From the NCBI RefSeq assembly GCF_963921235.1, contig NC_086097.1, positions 46,378,001 to 46,442,000 on the forward strand: DNA of 64,000 nt, written 5' to 3'. This document shows positions 13,500 through 26,688 of this stretch, in pieces. The notes below the pieces were generated by a model that did no database searches, had not been told where the DNA came from, and was given only the letters and a program-made list of their open reading frames with translations. A program made the position numbers and the translations under genes. How positions within the stretch are numbered: position 1 is the stretch's first letter; every line of letters starts with the position of its first letter. Source of the DNA: Mobula hypostoma. Taxonomy: Eukaryota.

Positions 13500-14250
13500 A
13501 GAAACAGCTCTACTTCTATCTTTAATATCTCTAGTTTTCCCTTTCAGGGTTCTTTTGAAGACCCTTACCTGAGATACACACTGATCGGTTCTTTGCGGGA
13601 ATGGGACCCACTCTTGGGGTTTCATAACTGGCCGTTGTTGCTTGGCACGCCAAGGGCTCAGTCCAAGAGTCCAGCTCAGATTTGGAAGCCTAGGATCTCG
13701 GGGCTCTGGAGATGGGTGGATCGAGGGTTAGTGTCATGGCAGGAGACCCGTGTGTCATCGGGGGGGGGTCGAAATATCTACAGCTGTGTGCCCGGAGATC
13801 CGAGCTCTTTGAGATCTTTGCACACAGAGCTCGAGAAAAGCGACATTTAACATCGTAAACCAGTGAGTTGTTTGTTATGTCTCCCCGCTCGCTGGGAAAA
13901 CAGAGACACCACTTTTTCCCTTATTAGGGAGAGAGAGAGCCTGTGGTATGTCGTATACCGGGTGAAACGTGAAGTCTTTGGGGTAACTGCAAGTCTGTGT
14001 CTTTGCTATTGCTTTGCTCGTGCTTGAGTGCTCAGTGGCGGGTGCCGATGCTTTTTTTTTGCCGGTGGGGGGAGGGGGGATTGTCGCTTGCTGCTGCTTA
14101 CGAGCGGGAGGGAGTGGACTTTGAGGTTCTAACATTTAACAGTTGTTCATTCTTAGGGGCACTCCCTTGTTTTCGTGGACGTTTACAAAGAAAAAAGCGT
14201 TTCAGGATGTATATTGTATACATTTCTGACATTAAATTGGACCTTTGAAC
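13500..14250 (+). mobile_element. Unclassified, probably non-autonomous retroposon with LINE-type tail
   Basis: CpG-retaining block ending gtatacatttctgacattaaattggacctttgaac, similar to Rex1-type tails. Confidence 0.45.
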
Positions 14251-14359
14251 AAAGAAAGTTTTTCACATAATCAAGAAGGTGTAACTCCAAGTCAGATGGA
14301 AGAATAATGTGATCTCAGAGAGCCAACACACCAATCTTGAAATGCTGCACTACAGGTTA

Positions 14360-15550
14360 AGACCATAACTATTTGGCACATTGACTCTGCTCCGCTATTT
14401 CATCATGGCTGATACGAATTTCCTCTCTCTCCCAGCCTCCTGCCTTCTCCCAAATCCTTTCATGCCCTGACCAATCAAGAACCAGCCTCTGCCTTAAATA
14501 TACATAATGACTTGGCCTCCACTGCTGTCTGTGGCAAAAAATTCCACAGATTCACCACTCTCTGACTAAAGAAGTTCCTCCTCATCTCCATTGTAAAAGG
14601 ATGACCCTCTATTCTGAGGCTGTGTCCTCTGGATTTAGACACTTCAACTATGGGAAACATCCTCTCCACATCCACCCTATCAAAGCCTCTCATCATTCGA
14701 TAGGTTTCAATGAGGTTACCCCTCATTCTTCTGAATTTCAGTGAATAGAGGCCCAAAGCCATCAAACTCTCTTAATGTTACAAGCCATTCAATCCTGGAA
14801 TCATTTTCGTGAATTTCCTTTGAACCCTCTCCAGTTTCAGCACATCCTTTCTAAGATAAGGGACCCAAAACTGCTCACAATATTCTAAGTGAGGCCTCAC
14901 CAGTCATTTATAAAGTCTCAACATTATATCCTTGCTTTTATATTCTAGTCCTCCTGAAATGAATGGTAACATCACATTTGCCTTCCTCAACACAGACTCA
15001 ACCTGCAAATTAATGTCCAGGGAACCATGCACAAGGACTCCCAAGACCCTTTTCATGCTCTTCTTTTGTATTTTCTCTCTATTTAGAAAATAATCAACAT
15101 TTTCATTTCTTCTACCAAGGTGCATGGCCATACACTTCCTGACACTGTGTTCCACCTGCCACTTTTTTGCCCAAATCCTATCCAAATCCTTCTGCAGTCT
15201 CTCTACTTCCTCAAAACTACCTGCCCCTCCACTTATCTTCATACCATCTGTAAACATTGCAACAAAGCCATCAGTTCCATACAAATTATTGACATACAAC
15301 ATAAAAAAATTGGTCCCAATACAGACCTCCGTGGAAAACCACTAATCACTGGCAGCCAACTAGAAATATCTCCCTTTATTCCCCACTTTTTGCCTCCTAC
15401 CAATCAGCCACTGCTTTATCCATGCTGAATCTTTCCTGTAAAACCATGGGCTCAAAGCTTGTTAAGCAGCCTCATGTGTGGCACCTTGTCAAAAGCCTTC
15501 TGAAAATCCAAGTACACAACGTCAACCAATTCTCCTGTGCTTATCTTGTT
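14360..15550 (-). mobile_element. Decayed CR1 LINE 3' part
   Basis: ORF pieces LGLYSLKFRRMRGNLIETY..SRGHSLRI..RRNFFSQRVVNLWN and RLQKDLDRI. Confidence 0.9.
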
Positions 15551-15603
15551 AACAAGGACAGCTAGAAAAAAGCAAAGCTCCAAGGTTTATTTCTACAGCA
15601 ACA

Positions 15604-16503
15604 AAGATTCAAAGATTCAAAGTACATTTATTATCAAATACATATAGCATACAACCCTGAGATTCATCTCCCCATAGACAGCCATGAAACAAAGAAATAC
15701 AATGGACCCCATTCAAAGAAAACATCAAACACTCAATGCGCTCAAAAAAGCACAAATCACACAAACAGCAAAAAACACAGAATATAAAACATCAAACAAC
15801 AAAGTTATTGAAACAATCTAGAAATGTTCAGTGTAGTTCAGTTCAGTTCAGTTCAATTTAGCACTCTGTCATCCATTGACTGCAGGCCATAGAGTCAGTC
15901 TGCCCTGATCAAAATTGTCCAAAATAGCAATAAAAAAAGGAATACCCAGAAACCAGAAACACATCATAACATGAATTACAGAGTTCAATCCACAAACCAT
16001 GTCATTTAAACCTTGCTTAAGACCCAAGACTCTGGCAGCAGCAAACAAGAGGGAGAGAAAGACCAGTCAAATGCAGACACCTTCCTTCAGGAGAAGCAAG
16101 AAAGAGCGAGAGATAGACTGTCAAACGTAGGTACCTTCCTCTGGCAGCAGCCAACAAGAGGGAGAAAGAGTCCGGTCAAATGCAGGCAGACAGCGCTGAA
16201 CACCCACTTGCCTTCCACTCTTGTCCTTGTTGATTTCAATCTTGCTCAATTCTTTAATCAGCGATACCAACAAGAAATGAAGTCTATCTCCAGGCCATAC
16301 ACTCCTCTTGAAACCTCATTGAACACCCTTGCAGACAGCAAAGCACCAGTTCATTCATTCGGCCTGAAAACACGCCATCAAATTCTAAATCACAGGTTCC
16401 AATAGTAGCAGAGTTCATATTTGAAAGAAGAAGAAGAAATAGGTTCATGAGTTGTCTGAAGGACGTCACCTTTGGTCACGTTGTTCACTGTCACCATCTT
16501 CTT
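15604..16503 (-). mobile_element. Unclassified non-autonomous retroposon
   Basis: Tail (aaagattc)2aaagtacatttattatc at the left end, AAGATGG start at the right end, internal (gttca)n and ~60 bp imperfect repeats at 16030-16190. Confidence 0.45.
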
Positions 16504-16509
16504 CATTAA

Positions 16510-17870
16510 ACAGAATTGACAAATAGAGATGCTATATTAAACTTATATCTGTCTATAGTTAGAGCACACTTAGAGCAATGTAGTTCTAGATGCCCTATTA
16601 TGGAAAGGATACAGAGGCACTGGCAAGTGGTTAGAGAAGGTTTACTAGAATGATACCAGAAATGTAAACGTAGGCACCTCAGGAAAGGAAGAACAGATTA
16701 GGTCTCTCTTCCCTTGAGAAAAGAATGACTGGGTCTGATCTAACCTAGGATTTTAAGGTAATGAAAACTTTTGATTGAGTGAAGTGGATACACACATAAC
16801 TCTGCTATAGACGGGCCCAAGCTCAGCTGTAAAGGGAGGAGGATTCAGCATGGACTACAAACCCCATCCCGTTAATTCCACAACGACAGAAATGCCAACA
16901 GAATCTCCAAAGACCTCGTCATTGGGAGAGGAAGGATTTTCACCTAGAAGACGTATGAAATCATGTGGTGAAAGTAGAAGACGCAGAGTCAACCAACCTT
17001 TAGCCCAGAACAGAGGACTCTGGTGAACTGCTGTCGAAGTCAATGCCCCAGCAGTGCTGAAGAAGAAGATGAAGTAGATACACAGAGAGTTTGGCTGCTG
17101 TTAGAAGAGCATAATCAGAGATAAGTACATAACATCCAATAGTAAATTCAGAATAAAAAACTGTACCCTGGAGTGGTGAGAATGTGGAACTTGCTCCCAT
17201 GGGGAATGGTTGAGATAAATAGTATACATGCATTTGAGAGGAGGCTAGAGAGCTCTATGAAGGGACATGAATAGAGAGTTATGTTGATAGGATTTAGATA
17301 AATAAACATTATTATCTAAACTGGGGAGAAGGTTCAAACATCAGAGGTGCAGACAGACTTAGGAGTCGTCACGCAAGACTCCCAGAAGATTAATTCACAG
17401 GTTGAGTCCGTGGTAATATCTCAGAAAAGATGTGTTGTCATTGGAGACAGTCCAGAGGAGGTTAACGAGGATGATTCTGGGAATGAAGGGGTTAGCATAT
17501 GAGGAACGTTTGGCAGCTTTAGGCTTGTACTCACTGGAATTTAGAAGAATGCAGGGAGATCTCATTGAAACCTACCTAATGTTGAAAGGACTAGATAGGG
17601 TGGATGTGGAGAGGATGTTTCCTATGGTGGGGGTATCCAGAACTAGAGGGCACAGCCTCAAAACTGAGGGGTGACCTTTTAGAATGGAGTTAAGGGGGAA
17701 TTTTTTTACCTAGAGAATAGGGAATCTGTGAAATGCTCTGCCACAGACTGCTGTAGAGGCCAAGTCCGTGGGTATACTTAAGGCGGAAATTGATCATTTC
17801 CTGATCAAAGGATATGGCGAGAAGGCAGGAGTATGGAGTTGAGTGGGATTCAGGATCAGCCATGATATTC
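16510..17870 (+). mobile_element. Cluster of CR1 3' fragments with a possible RTE 5' fragment (~16795-17050)
   Basis: LETVQRRLTRMILGMKGLAYEERL..LYSLEFRRM at 17432-17674; older fragment at 16510-16790. Confidence 0.75.
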
Positions 17871-18059
17871 ATAAAATCAACACAATTTCAAGACTTTGTT
17901 TCGTCTCGTTTCCAAAGGTAAAAATCAACCTTCGTAATTCTCTGAAAAAAAAGAATTTCCCATGATCGAGAAGACAGCTATGAAACTGCAGTTTTCATTG
18001 CCAGATTACTTTCACTGCTCCATTCATCATCTTCACTTCTCTCCCTCTACTCAGTCCCT

Positions 18060-19300
18060 GAATCACGCTTGCTTACTTGCTTCCACTTTGGTTTTGAGAG
18101 TTCTAGGTTGGCTGATGAGATCATTGTGGAACAGATGGTACGCAAGAACAGAAAGGCAGATCACTTGGGGAGAACTGTATTCCTCTGCCATATTTTTGTG
18201 AGCTCCCAACACATGGAGTTAAGATTTCAGAGCCATCTTGAAAGTTTCTTCTCAACTTTGAGCAACATGGACAATGGCAAGTCAGTAGAGGACCTTTCTG
18301 TTATAGATGTTAAGTTTAAGGCCGGTCCACAGTGACCTGAAAGTTAGCCGCCAAATACATGGATATGTTAGCATCATCTGCATTGATCAACTTAATGAAT
18401 TAAGTTCATTCATTAAACTGAATCTGGGAGAAAATGTAATTGAAAGGTCTTCCATTTGTAAATTAATATTCCAGTATGAAGCTTGTTAGAAGTGAGGTAC
18501 AGCTTTATATAAAGAAGATCAAGGAGAGTGTTGAGGCTATGGCCCAGCTTTGTTTGACACCAATTTGCATGGAGATTTTGAACCCCCTGGTTAAGACGGG
18601 AAAAATTCATGGAAGAAAAAGTTGCATTCGACAGCACATGATGTTCATGAGTTACATCAAGGGATGGACAGGCAGAAGTTTTGAAGGACTTATTAGAACT
18701 TCTCAGATTAAAGACAAATGGAAGACCACCTATTCTTAAACACAAAAAATGAAGTTGTGATGCTTCTTTCCCCTTAGTTCTAGAACATCAGTAGAATCCT
18801 TTAGGTCTTGCTGGTATATGGCCTTTCCACTTTGTGTTGGACAGAGGTGTTGGGAAGGATGGAGTGGACAATTTGCTGTCGTATTGAGTGAAAGGTGCTC
18901 ACATCAGTGATCTATGTCCCTTTGCTGTGCTTAATATGTTCTCCTCTGTCTTGGCTATCAGTGGGATGATCCTTCACTGCTTGGGCCTTAACTGACCTAA
19001 GGACAACAGTGAAGGTTCTGCTGAGTAGGGATACCATCTTTTCCTGGGGCTTTGCTGGTGCATGTAATTTTAATTTTGTGTTGGGTGTAAAACAGGTCAT
19101 GGCAATCACTGAGTTGCTGGATTTCCTGCACTCCTTCCACCAACCGTCTATTCAGGTCATGGATTTTCTGTTGAACCTCTGACTGATGTGAGCTGCTTCT
19201 TTTTCCTTGAGAAGTGGTGGACTTTTCAGTCCAAGGAGACCTTGTGTTTGCGCTTAATTAGCTCCAGGTCATTCTATTCAAACCTGCCGTTATGTTTTCT
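18060..19300 (-). mobile_element. Highly decayed RTE-like LINE
   Basis: Minus strand has ADDA near 18370 and an RTE-type end ctcatcagcca..agaactc.caaaacc..agtggaagcaagt near 18075-18120. Confidence 0.5.
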
Positions 19301-21099
19301 GGCAACTACTCAGGGGTTCTAATTATGATGGACTTCAGAGCGGTCTAGATGCTGTGAAAACCCTGAGGCACTTGCTGGGTAAAGGTTGTCAACACCACCA
19401 AATTCTCACCATTGTTCCACTGGGGTGAGTTCCAGGAAGTTCAAGATAATACTGCTTCCTAAATAATTTTGAAAGCTGCTGTCATTTGCCTTTAATAAGC
19501 AATTAACATTTAAAATTTTTGAATGCCACCCCCAAGAGGCTTTCCCAATTGCAGCTTGTATCAGGTTTCTGAGGCAACAGGTTCCGCAGATTTGAAGCTC
19601 CTGTCCTTACCCCAACACACCCACTCACAGGGATTAAAGTTCTCCATAATATGTTTACCACAGTTGCATTAAACCTAGTTTGTAAAACCCTGTATATGCT
19701 TATCTGGAATTTGAACCTTTGTCATCCAAATGATCTTTGACTCTTTTCCTTACAATCATCACTCTGTTACTGTACTACTAGCCACCTGTACAATCTGGTT
19801 TCGTAATAAGAAACCGAAAATATTTTATAAACATTAATGGTAAGGTAAATTCATATACTTTCAAACAAATTACATCATGTAGGCACTTTGTTTTGTTATC
19901 ACACATATGACTGAATATCAAATGAAAACTGCTTCCATTTCTTAATTTAAATCATTATTTATATTGAATGATTATAAATCTAAGCAGCAAATGTGTTCCT
20001 TAGAGAGTTTCTATTTTGATCAAATGAGTTTTAAATTCCAGCATTAGAGTAAATACTGTATGATCCTTCAGTCCTGGAGATATTTAAATTAATCTTTCAT
20101 TGTCTGCAAAGTGTTGTGTTGTATACTTTATAATCCAGTTAACACGGGACCTCTTCATGTTCCACCTGGTTCTGAAGTTCTTCATTTTAATTCATTGACC
20201 TGCCTGTTTTCTCATTGTGTGGGGGATGGTTTGCAGCTGTTTTCTTGTTCTGCAGATGGTGGTGGAGGCTCCACTTTCTGAAAGATGCAAGTGCAGTGAT
20301 GAAAATCCCTGGGATGGCGGTGCACAGCAGGCCTTCACTGTTATCACAGCCATCTGCCACACAATTAGGGGAGGGTGGACATTATGTTCTTACATGTTTA
20401 AAACCAAACAGATGAGATCCAGGAGCAGATTTTAGCAGCAGCAGCCTACAATGCAGACCTGTTTTTTAAAAAAAAAAGTAGCGCCAATTAACAACAAAAA
20501 TAAACGCTGGTGGGACTATAGGTGTCAAGCAGAATCTGTTGGGGGAAAAGAATTGTTTCTTTCAGGCTGAGACCCTGCATCAGGACATCTGATTCAAAAT
20601 GTACATAGGAATTGTGCAAGTTCTACAAGAATGGGTATTTTATTAAAGTTCTGATTACTGCGTATTTAAGTCCGAGACTCAATATGCTTGAATTTGGAAT
20701 TTACTCTTCCCTCTTTTGGCACAGTGAAATGCAGGCATTGGAAATATATGAAGTAAATCTTCAATTTGCTGTTCGGGGAAAAAAACGGTAAATAAAAGTT
20801 AGTAACGAGATTCTGTGCAAACGTCAATTGGCCAGGCAGGTACTAGTTGAAAAGAAATAAATACACACTTCAATGTCTAGCATTGACATCTGTCACCCAC
20901 TTAGGCGGCTCCTTAGCACTGATGTTAACAGTGTGTGTTTTTACAACAGATGACAATGCACTGTGTTCACTGATGACTTATAAGGATCCACAACAGCTGC
21001 TGTCAGGTATGTGCAACTGTGGGTCCAAATATGCCTGTGACATCTTGATGGATGTAGTCTAAAATAAGTATCATGATTGCCACTATATAAATTATGGCT

Positions 21100-22170
21100 T
21101 GGTCGGCGTGAAAAAAATTACAAGTTGTCACTATCTGTCAAGGTAAAACTCTTCCTGACCAATACCTTCGCCATGATTATTCTGAAGACCGGTGCTCCAC
21201 CAAGTTGCATCATCTGCTCCTGCTCTACCCCCTGTTCACTCAAGGATGCATGGTCAGGTTCTGCTCCAACTTCAGCTACAGGTATACAGATGATGCCACT
21301 GTAGAGGGCCACAGCTCAAATAACCATGAGTCAGAGTACAGGAAGGAGATAGAGAGCTTAATGACATGGTGTCATGACAACAATCTTTCCCTCAATGTCA
21401 GCTAAACAAAAATGCTGGTTATTGACTTCAGGAAAGTGGACAGCACACATGATCCTGTCTATATTAAGAGAGGGTTGAGAGCTTCAAGTTCATTGGTATA
21501 ACACCACCAATAGCCGTTCGTGGTCCGTCTACATCAATGTCATTGCCATGACAGCTCACCAATGTCTCTCCTTCCGCAGGAGGCTAAAGACATTTGGCCT
21601 AACCCGTTGACTGTTACAAATTTTTATCAATGTACCATAGGAATAATTCTGTCTGGATACATAGTGACTTGGTATGGCAACTGTTCCTCATGTGATCAGA
21701 GGAAAATGCAGAGTTGTGGACACAGCTCAGTACATCACAGGAACCAGCCTCCACTCTATGGATTCTGTCTATACTTCTCACTGCCTCAGTAAAGTCACCA
21801 GCGTAATCAAAGATCCCACACTTACCCTAGACATTCTCTTTGCTCACGCTCACATCAGGCAGAAGACACAAAAGCCTGAAACTATGGACTACCAATCTCA
21901 AGGACAGCTTCTATTCCACTGTTATCAGACTCTTGAATGGACCACGTATAATAAGATGAACTTTTGGCCTCACAGTCTACCTCATTATGATCTTGCACTT
22001 AATTATTACTTGTACTACACTACACCTCAGTAACTTTTACACTTTATTCTGCATTGTAGTTTACCTTATTCTGGCTCAATTCACTATATAATGACTTGTC
22101 TTGTACGAACTGTATGTAAGACAAACTTTTCACTGTATGCATGTGACAATAATAAACCAATATCAGTACA
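21100..22170 (+). mobile_element. Decayed Rex1/Babar-like LINE
   Basis: YTDDATVEG..ESEYRKEIESLMTWCHDNNLSLNVS; NFYQCTI..TWYGNCS; tail gtgacaataataaaccaat. Confidence 0.85.
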
Positions 22171-22545
22171 AAAAATCTTCTGGCTCTCCCACAGATTTTT
22201 ATTTCACCTGTTCCTGTAGTACTTGTTGCCACTGTCATGGGATCCTTGGAGATCCTACTCCTTCCCATCTGTATCCTCCATCACCTAGTGACTACAGCAG
22301 ACGTGTGCACACCGATGTGCTATATCATACCCACATCTCCTCCTTTCTGTCCACCAACTTCACTGCCGCTTAAAATACGAGTGCTTTCTAAGTTTAGAGA
22401 AACGCCCTCCCCTCTGTGAGATTACAGATGCTACATCAGATGGCAGTAATGTAACCTTATCAAAATGCAGACATTTCACCTATTAATTCCATGGAACATT
22501 AGTCAGCAGAATAGTTCCTCTAATGCTATAGAATCCAGTAGAATC

Positions 22546-22580
22546 AGTCCTGATGAAGGTCTCAGCCTGAAATATCGACT
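22546..22580 (+). ncRNA. Minimal type I hammerhead ribozyme in a short Penelope-like tail fragment (fragment runs to ~22660)
   Basis: AGTC-CTGATGA-aggtctcagcct-GAAA-TA-TC-GACT; downstream atagatgctgcctggcctgctgagttcctccagc matches the Penelope tails. Confidence 0.75.
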
Positions 22581-22859
22581 ATACTCTTTTCCATAGATGC
22601 TGCCTGGCCTGCTGAGTTCCTCCAGCATTTTGTGCGTGTTGCTTGGTTTTCCAACATCTATTCTCTTTGCTTTTTCACTCAATCATGCTGTATTGCAAAA
22701 AAATGCCTACTAACACAATCTTATCGATTTGTATAGAAACTGAGATTGACCAGAAATCCTTCAGTAATTGTATTTTTCCGTGTCTCCTTCGTTGAATCAC
22801 AGAATCCAGGGAGAGTTTGCATCACACTCGTGGATGTGGATTCACAACGGAATAAAAAT

Positions 22860-23437
22860 AAGCAAGTTCAGATAGAAATGGCAGAGATGAGCCCAGTTTC
22901 ATCCATTTTATTTTCACCCATTTGGTTGTCTGTGAAAATTTGGGCACCAGGCTCCCCATGAACATGCGGCGTGCTGGACAGGTTTACAGGTGCCGCCCAT
23001 CCATCCACACTCTAGGCCAAGAGCAATGGCACTTTTTGCTAGACAAGTGCCGCAGTCCCAGCCCAATCAGTGAGCGGTGTCCCAAGGGTACCATTGCATT
23101 TAGGTAGGATTGTGACTGAGAGTTGTTCAGACAAAATACTGTGAGTGGTAGTTTCGCACGATTGGCTCTTCAGCCGCAACATGGCACAGAATGTCCGAAC
23201 CTGCAGTTCCTCTCGTACTGAGCAGGGTTATTGTTGTAACAACACATCATCAGCAGGGAAAAACCTACCTGTCTCATAACGGTCTAGACCAAGATCACGT
23301 TCCCTATCAGTGGTCGGACAATCCATCATCTGGCGAATTCTGCTTCACAATGCTAAGAAGAGCCGATCTTGAAGGATCAAAAAGCAGTGTAGCTATGAGC
23401 TCTTGGCCACCACAAGCCAGTTATCACTGTGGTAACT
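22860..23437 (-). pseudogene. Decayed fragment of the 28S rRNA 3' end
   Basis: Reverse complement reads AGTTACCACAG.GATAACTGGCTTGTGG..TTTTTGATCCTTC..TCGGCTCTTC..GTGAAGCAGAATTC..; intact sarcin-ricin loop AGTACGAGAGGAAC at 23206-23219; weaker match to the terminal 28S domain at ~22860-22985. Confidence 0.9.
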
Positions 23438-24219
23438 AAAGGTAAAAAAGAACATGAACCTTTCTAGATATAGTAAATCACCATTCTTGTGCCCTAAATC
23501 CACCCATAGTATCACACTGTTTTAACTAAATTAATCATCTTTTCTCTATTCATTACAAAATTCATTTCATTAGTTTCATTTCTCAGCACGTATAAACAAC
23601 AGGTTAAGAAGCTGCAATCTTTCTGACTCTTTGCCAGTTCTGAGCTATAAATAGACTATAAAGAATTTTTTTTTAGTGATGCTTTGCCTGTAAGAACAGC
23701 AATATTAGAGCTGAGAGTTAAACCCAAGGCAACTGTTAAAGTCCTCCCTTACATGAATTCCTAACATACAAATTAGATGCTATGAGTTTTGACAGGCCTA
23801 TGATCAAAATAAATAAGAAATTAAAATATGCAACACGAAATAAAATTCTGAAATCTGTTAAGTTTTGCTTTATCATGTTTTTACTCAATTAGTAAAAAAA
23901 ATTAATGATACATCATTCATTTTGTACATTCTTCTTACTCTTGGGTAAGATGATGTTAAAAATAAATAAAAGGACAACTTACATTGCTGTAATTACAATT
24001 TGAAATCTTGTTACCTGCATGCAAGCAGTGAACGAATGAAGGACCAATGATTAAATTGATCCATTTTACCCAGGAGAAGAGGTATTGGAAATAACTTGAT
24101 ACGTTAGAGATAACTTATTTGTAAGATCCAACCAAACCTTGCAGCCTCTGGTGAATGATATCTGTTATCTGTCAAGTAGGGTGCCGTGCACAATCCTGAT
24201 TTGATGGTGACAGATGTGA

Positions 24220-24743
24220 AAGCACGGAAGAACATCTGGTGAAACTTCTGAAATGCCTGTTTCACTGCCGCTGCTACTGTGTGATCCAGAATCTCTGGAG
24301 GGGAAGGCCCCGAGTCCTTGGCTTTGCTTGTTGCTCGGCGGCTGGAGCTGGGTCGAAGCGCTCGGCAGAGATGGTGCTCGGTGCTTGGTGTCAGAGGGCT
24401 GGTCAGAGGCTCGAAGTTTTCGGACGGACTCAGAGTCAGCTGTGGTCGGGTGCTTCCAATGCATAGGCAAGTTTGCGGTGCTTCCATCTGCGTGAGATGA
24501 TGGGGCTATCGGAACTTGAGACTTTTTTTCACCATGCCCATGGTCTGCTCTTTATCAAATTACGGTATTGCTTTGCACTGTTGTAACTATATGTTATAAT
24601 TATGTGGTTTTGTTAGTTTTTAGTCTTGGTTTGTCTTGTGTTTCTGTGATATCTTTCTGGAGGAACATTGTATCATTTTTTAATGCATGCATTTCTAAAT
24701 GACAATAAACGAGGACTTAGTGTCCTCATAATCTAATCTAATC
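24220..24743 (+). mobile_element. Retroposon 3' part ending in (ctaat)n
   Basis: Tail aaatgacaataaacgaggact..tcataatctaatctaatc; the same tail recurs at ~35905-35977. Confidence 0.6.
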
Positions 24744-25927
24744 AAGGCAATAACAGAATGCAGAAATGAATGAAATAAACATAATTCAATAATTTTATAT
24801 TTTCTAGGGTAATAGAATAAAAGGTATAGTTTCAGAATTATGAAAAACAAATGTAGGTAGATATTATGAAGCTTTCTTCATAATTAAATTAGAACAATAG
24901 CATCTGGAAAGAAAGTAAGATTTATCTTGAATAGTTTTTCAAACTTCACATTATCTAATGTGAGGAACACAAAATGGTACCTGGGTGTGATAACATAGAG
25001 TCACAAGAATCCATAAATCTATGCTAGATTTGGGATCAGAAATTTGAAGGGATGTAATGAAGATACAAAAGAGGGGTTAAATTCAACATAACACAAAGAA
25101 TCACACTTTCACTTTATTAACTATAATTTCCACACTTTGCAAACTATTCAATTGTATATAACAACCCAACATCGAACTAGATGATATGACAAGCATAGTT
25201 TATCTATATTTACAATGTTATATTATATCTGAGTACATGATTGAGTACAGTATGGCCCACCATGCAGGGTCCTTGACATCCATCAAGTCACATTACAAGA
25301 ACATTCAAGTTTGGTGGATCTCAGAATCTGCCATCAGTTCAACTTTGGTTGGTAAAAATGCCTCAGAAGCAACAATGCAAACTTTATAGATTGGCCAACA
25401 AAAATTTATGTTAGATTTTGGCTGGTAACAGAGTTGAGTACTTGGCTGAAAATAAAGAGGCAGGTAATAAAGAAATCAAGATATCATCAATATAAGTTGA
25501 TAGTCAATTAACAGCCAATATAAAGTTTTCTTCCGTAAGCAAATTATTAACAAAGGTTGTCAAGTGAGTATCGGGACAATTAGAGAGCAAATTGGACATT
25601 TATTGGTGGTAGTAGATATTATGGTTAAAGTACCAAGTAAATACTACAATTTATAATGGCATTTACCAAGGAGGAGGACTTTATTAAACTCAGGACTAAG
25701 TTAGAATACTGCTGAGCTAACAAAGTATATATGGAACAGGTACTGGCAATACTTGAAGTGAAAAATTCGTCTAACCTGATGAAATGCCTCACAAGTCACT
25801 GAGGGAACTAACAAATGTGTAGGTGCAGGTCATAGAAGATACAATGATAATACCAATAGATTAGTGGATGCTTATGTCATATTCTAGTTCAAAACAGGTG
25901 GTAATCTGGGAATTACGCGTTTGACAC

Positions 25928-26688
25928 TGTTGTGACTGTGAATGAAGTCACGGGAGAGATACTGAAGTTGATGATATAGAAGTCTTTATTCATCACATCA
26001 AGCAGACATCATTCTGGAAACACCTTTGAGAGAGGTTCACAAACCCAAAGGTATATCACATTTTTATACACTTAAGATCAAAGGTAACAGTAGCTGATAC
26101 AATACAATCTCAATAGTTAAACTGACATAGTTTCCTTCAATATTTTGGGTTGACAATGCCTCCCTTAGATTACATATCTACCGTGACAGTTACCTCTGAA
26201 TGTTCAAACACCTTTGTCACAGAGTAATTCACACAAATAGTCTAAAAACTTCCGGGATAGAAATCCCAGACACCAAAAATTAATGTTGCCAGGGACGTCT
26301 CTGAGCAAACAAATATCAGAAGTACACAAAAACTATTGATTGACTATATCTGTGACCACTTTTGATATACTAAGTGCCAACATTAGTCTAGTCTGCCAGC
26401 TTGAACTCAGTCGCAATGGAGCAAGTAACTTAGCCCATGTTACCTGGTTTGAAGCAGGCCAATTAATACAACTCCATTGACATAATGTTTGGCTATTGCA
26501 TATGCAATCTCTTAGGCTGTGGAGAAGCCTGTGCTTTTAACTTCAATTTACTGCTTGCAATTTGCAAAAATTACTGAAGGTTAATTGCAATCTTCCAGAA
26601 CATTTACATTTACAATAAGAACTGAAGGCTGGTTCTAGTTTGAATTAATATCTGCTGTATTCACACAAGTCCAGAATAGTCCCTAACA
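25928..26688 (-). repeat. 3' LTR (~760 bp); only ~65 bp of the 5' LTR survives at 28139-28203
   Basis: Starts TGTTAGGGA after the PPT; TATA-like TGTATAAAAA ~26061-26070; AATAAA 25985-25990; first ~65 bp repeated at 28139-28203. Confidence 0.85.

Noticed and set aside
24800..25750. Possible very old L1/Tx1-like remnant
   Set aside because: Only faint motifs (YLGV, GG.L); too degraded to support
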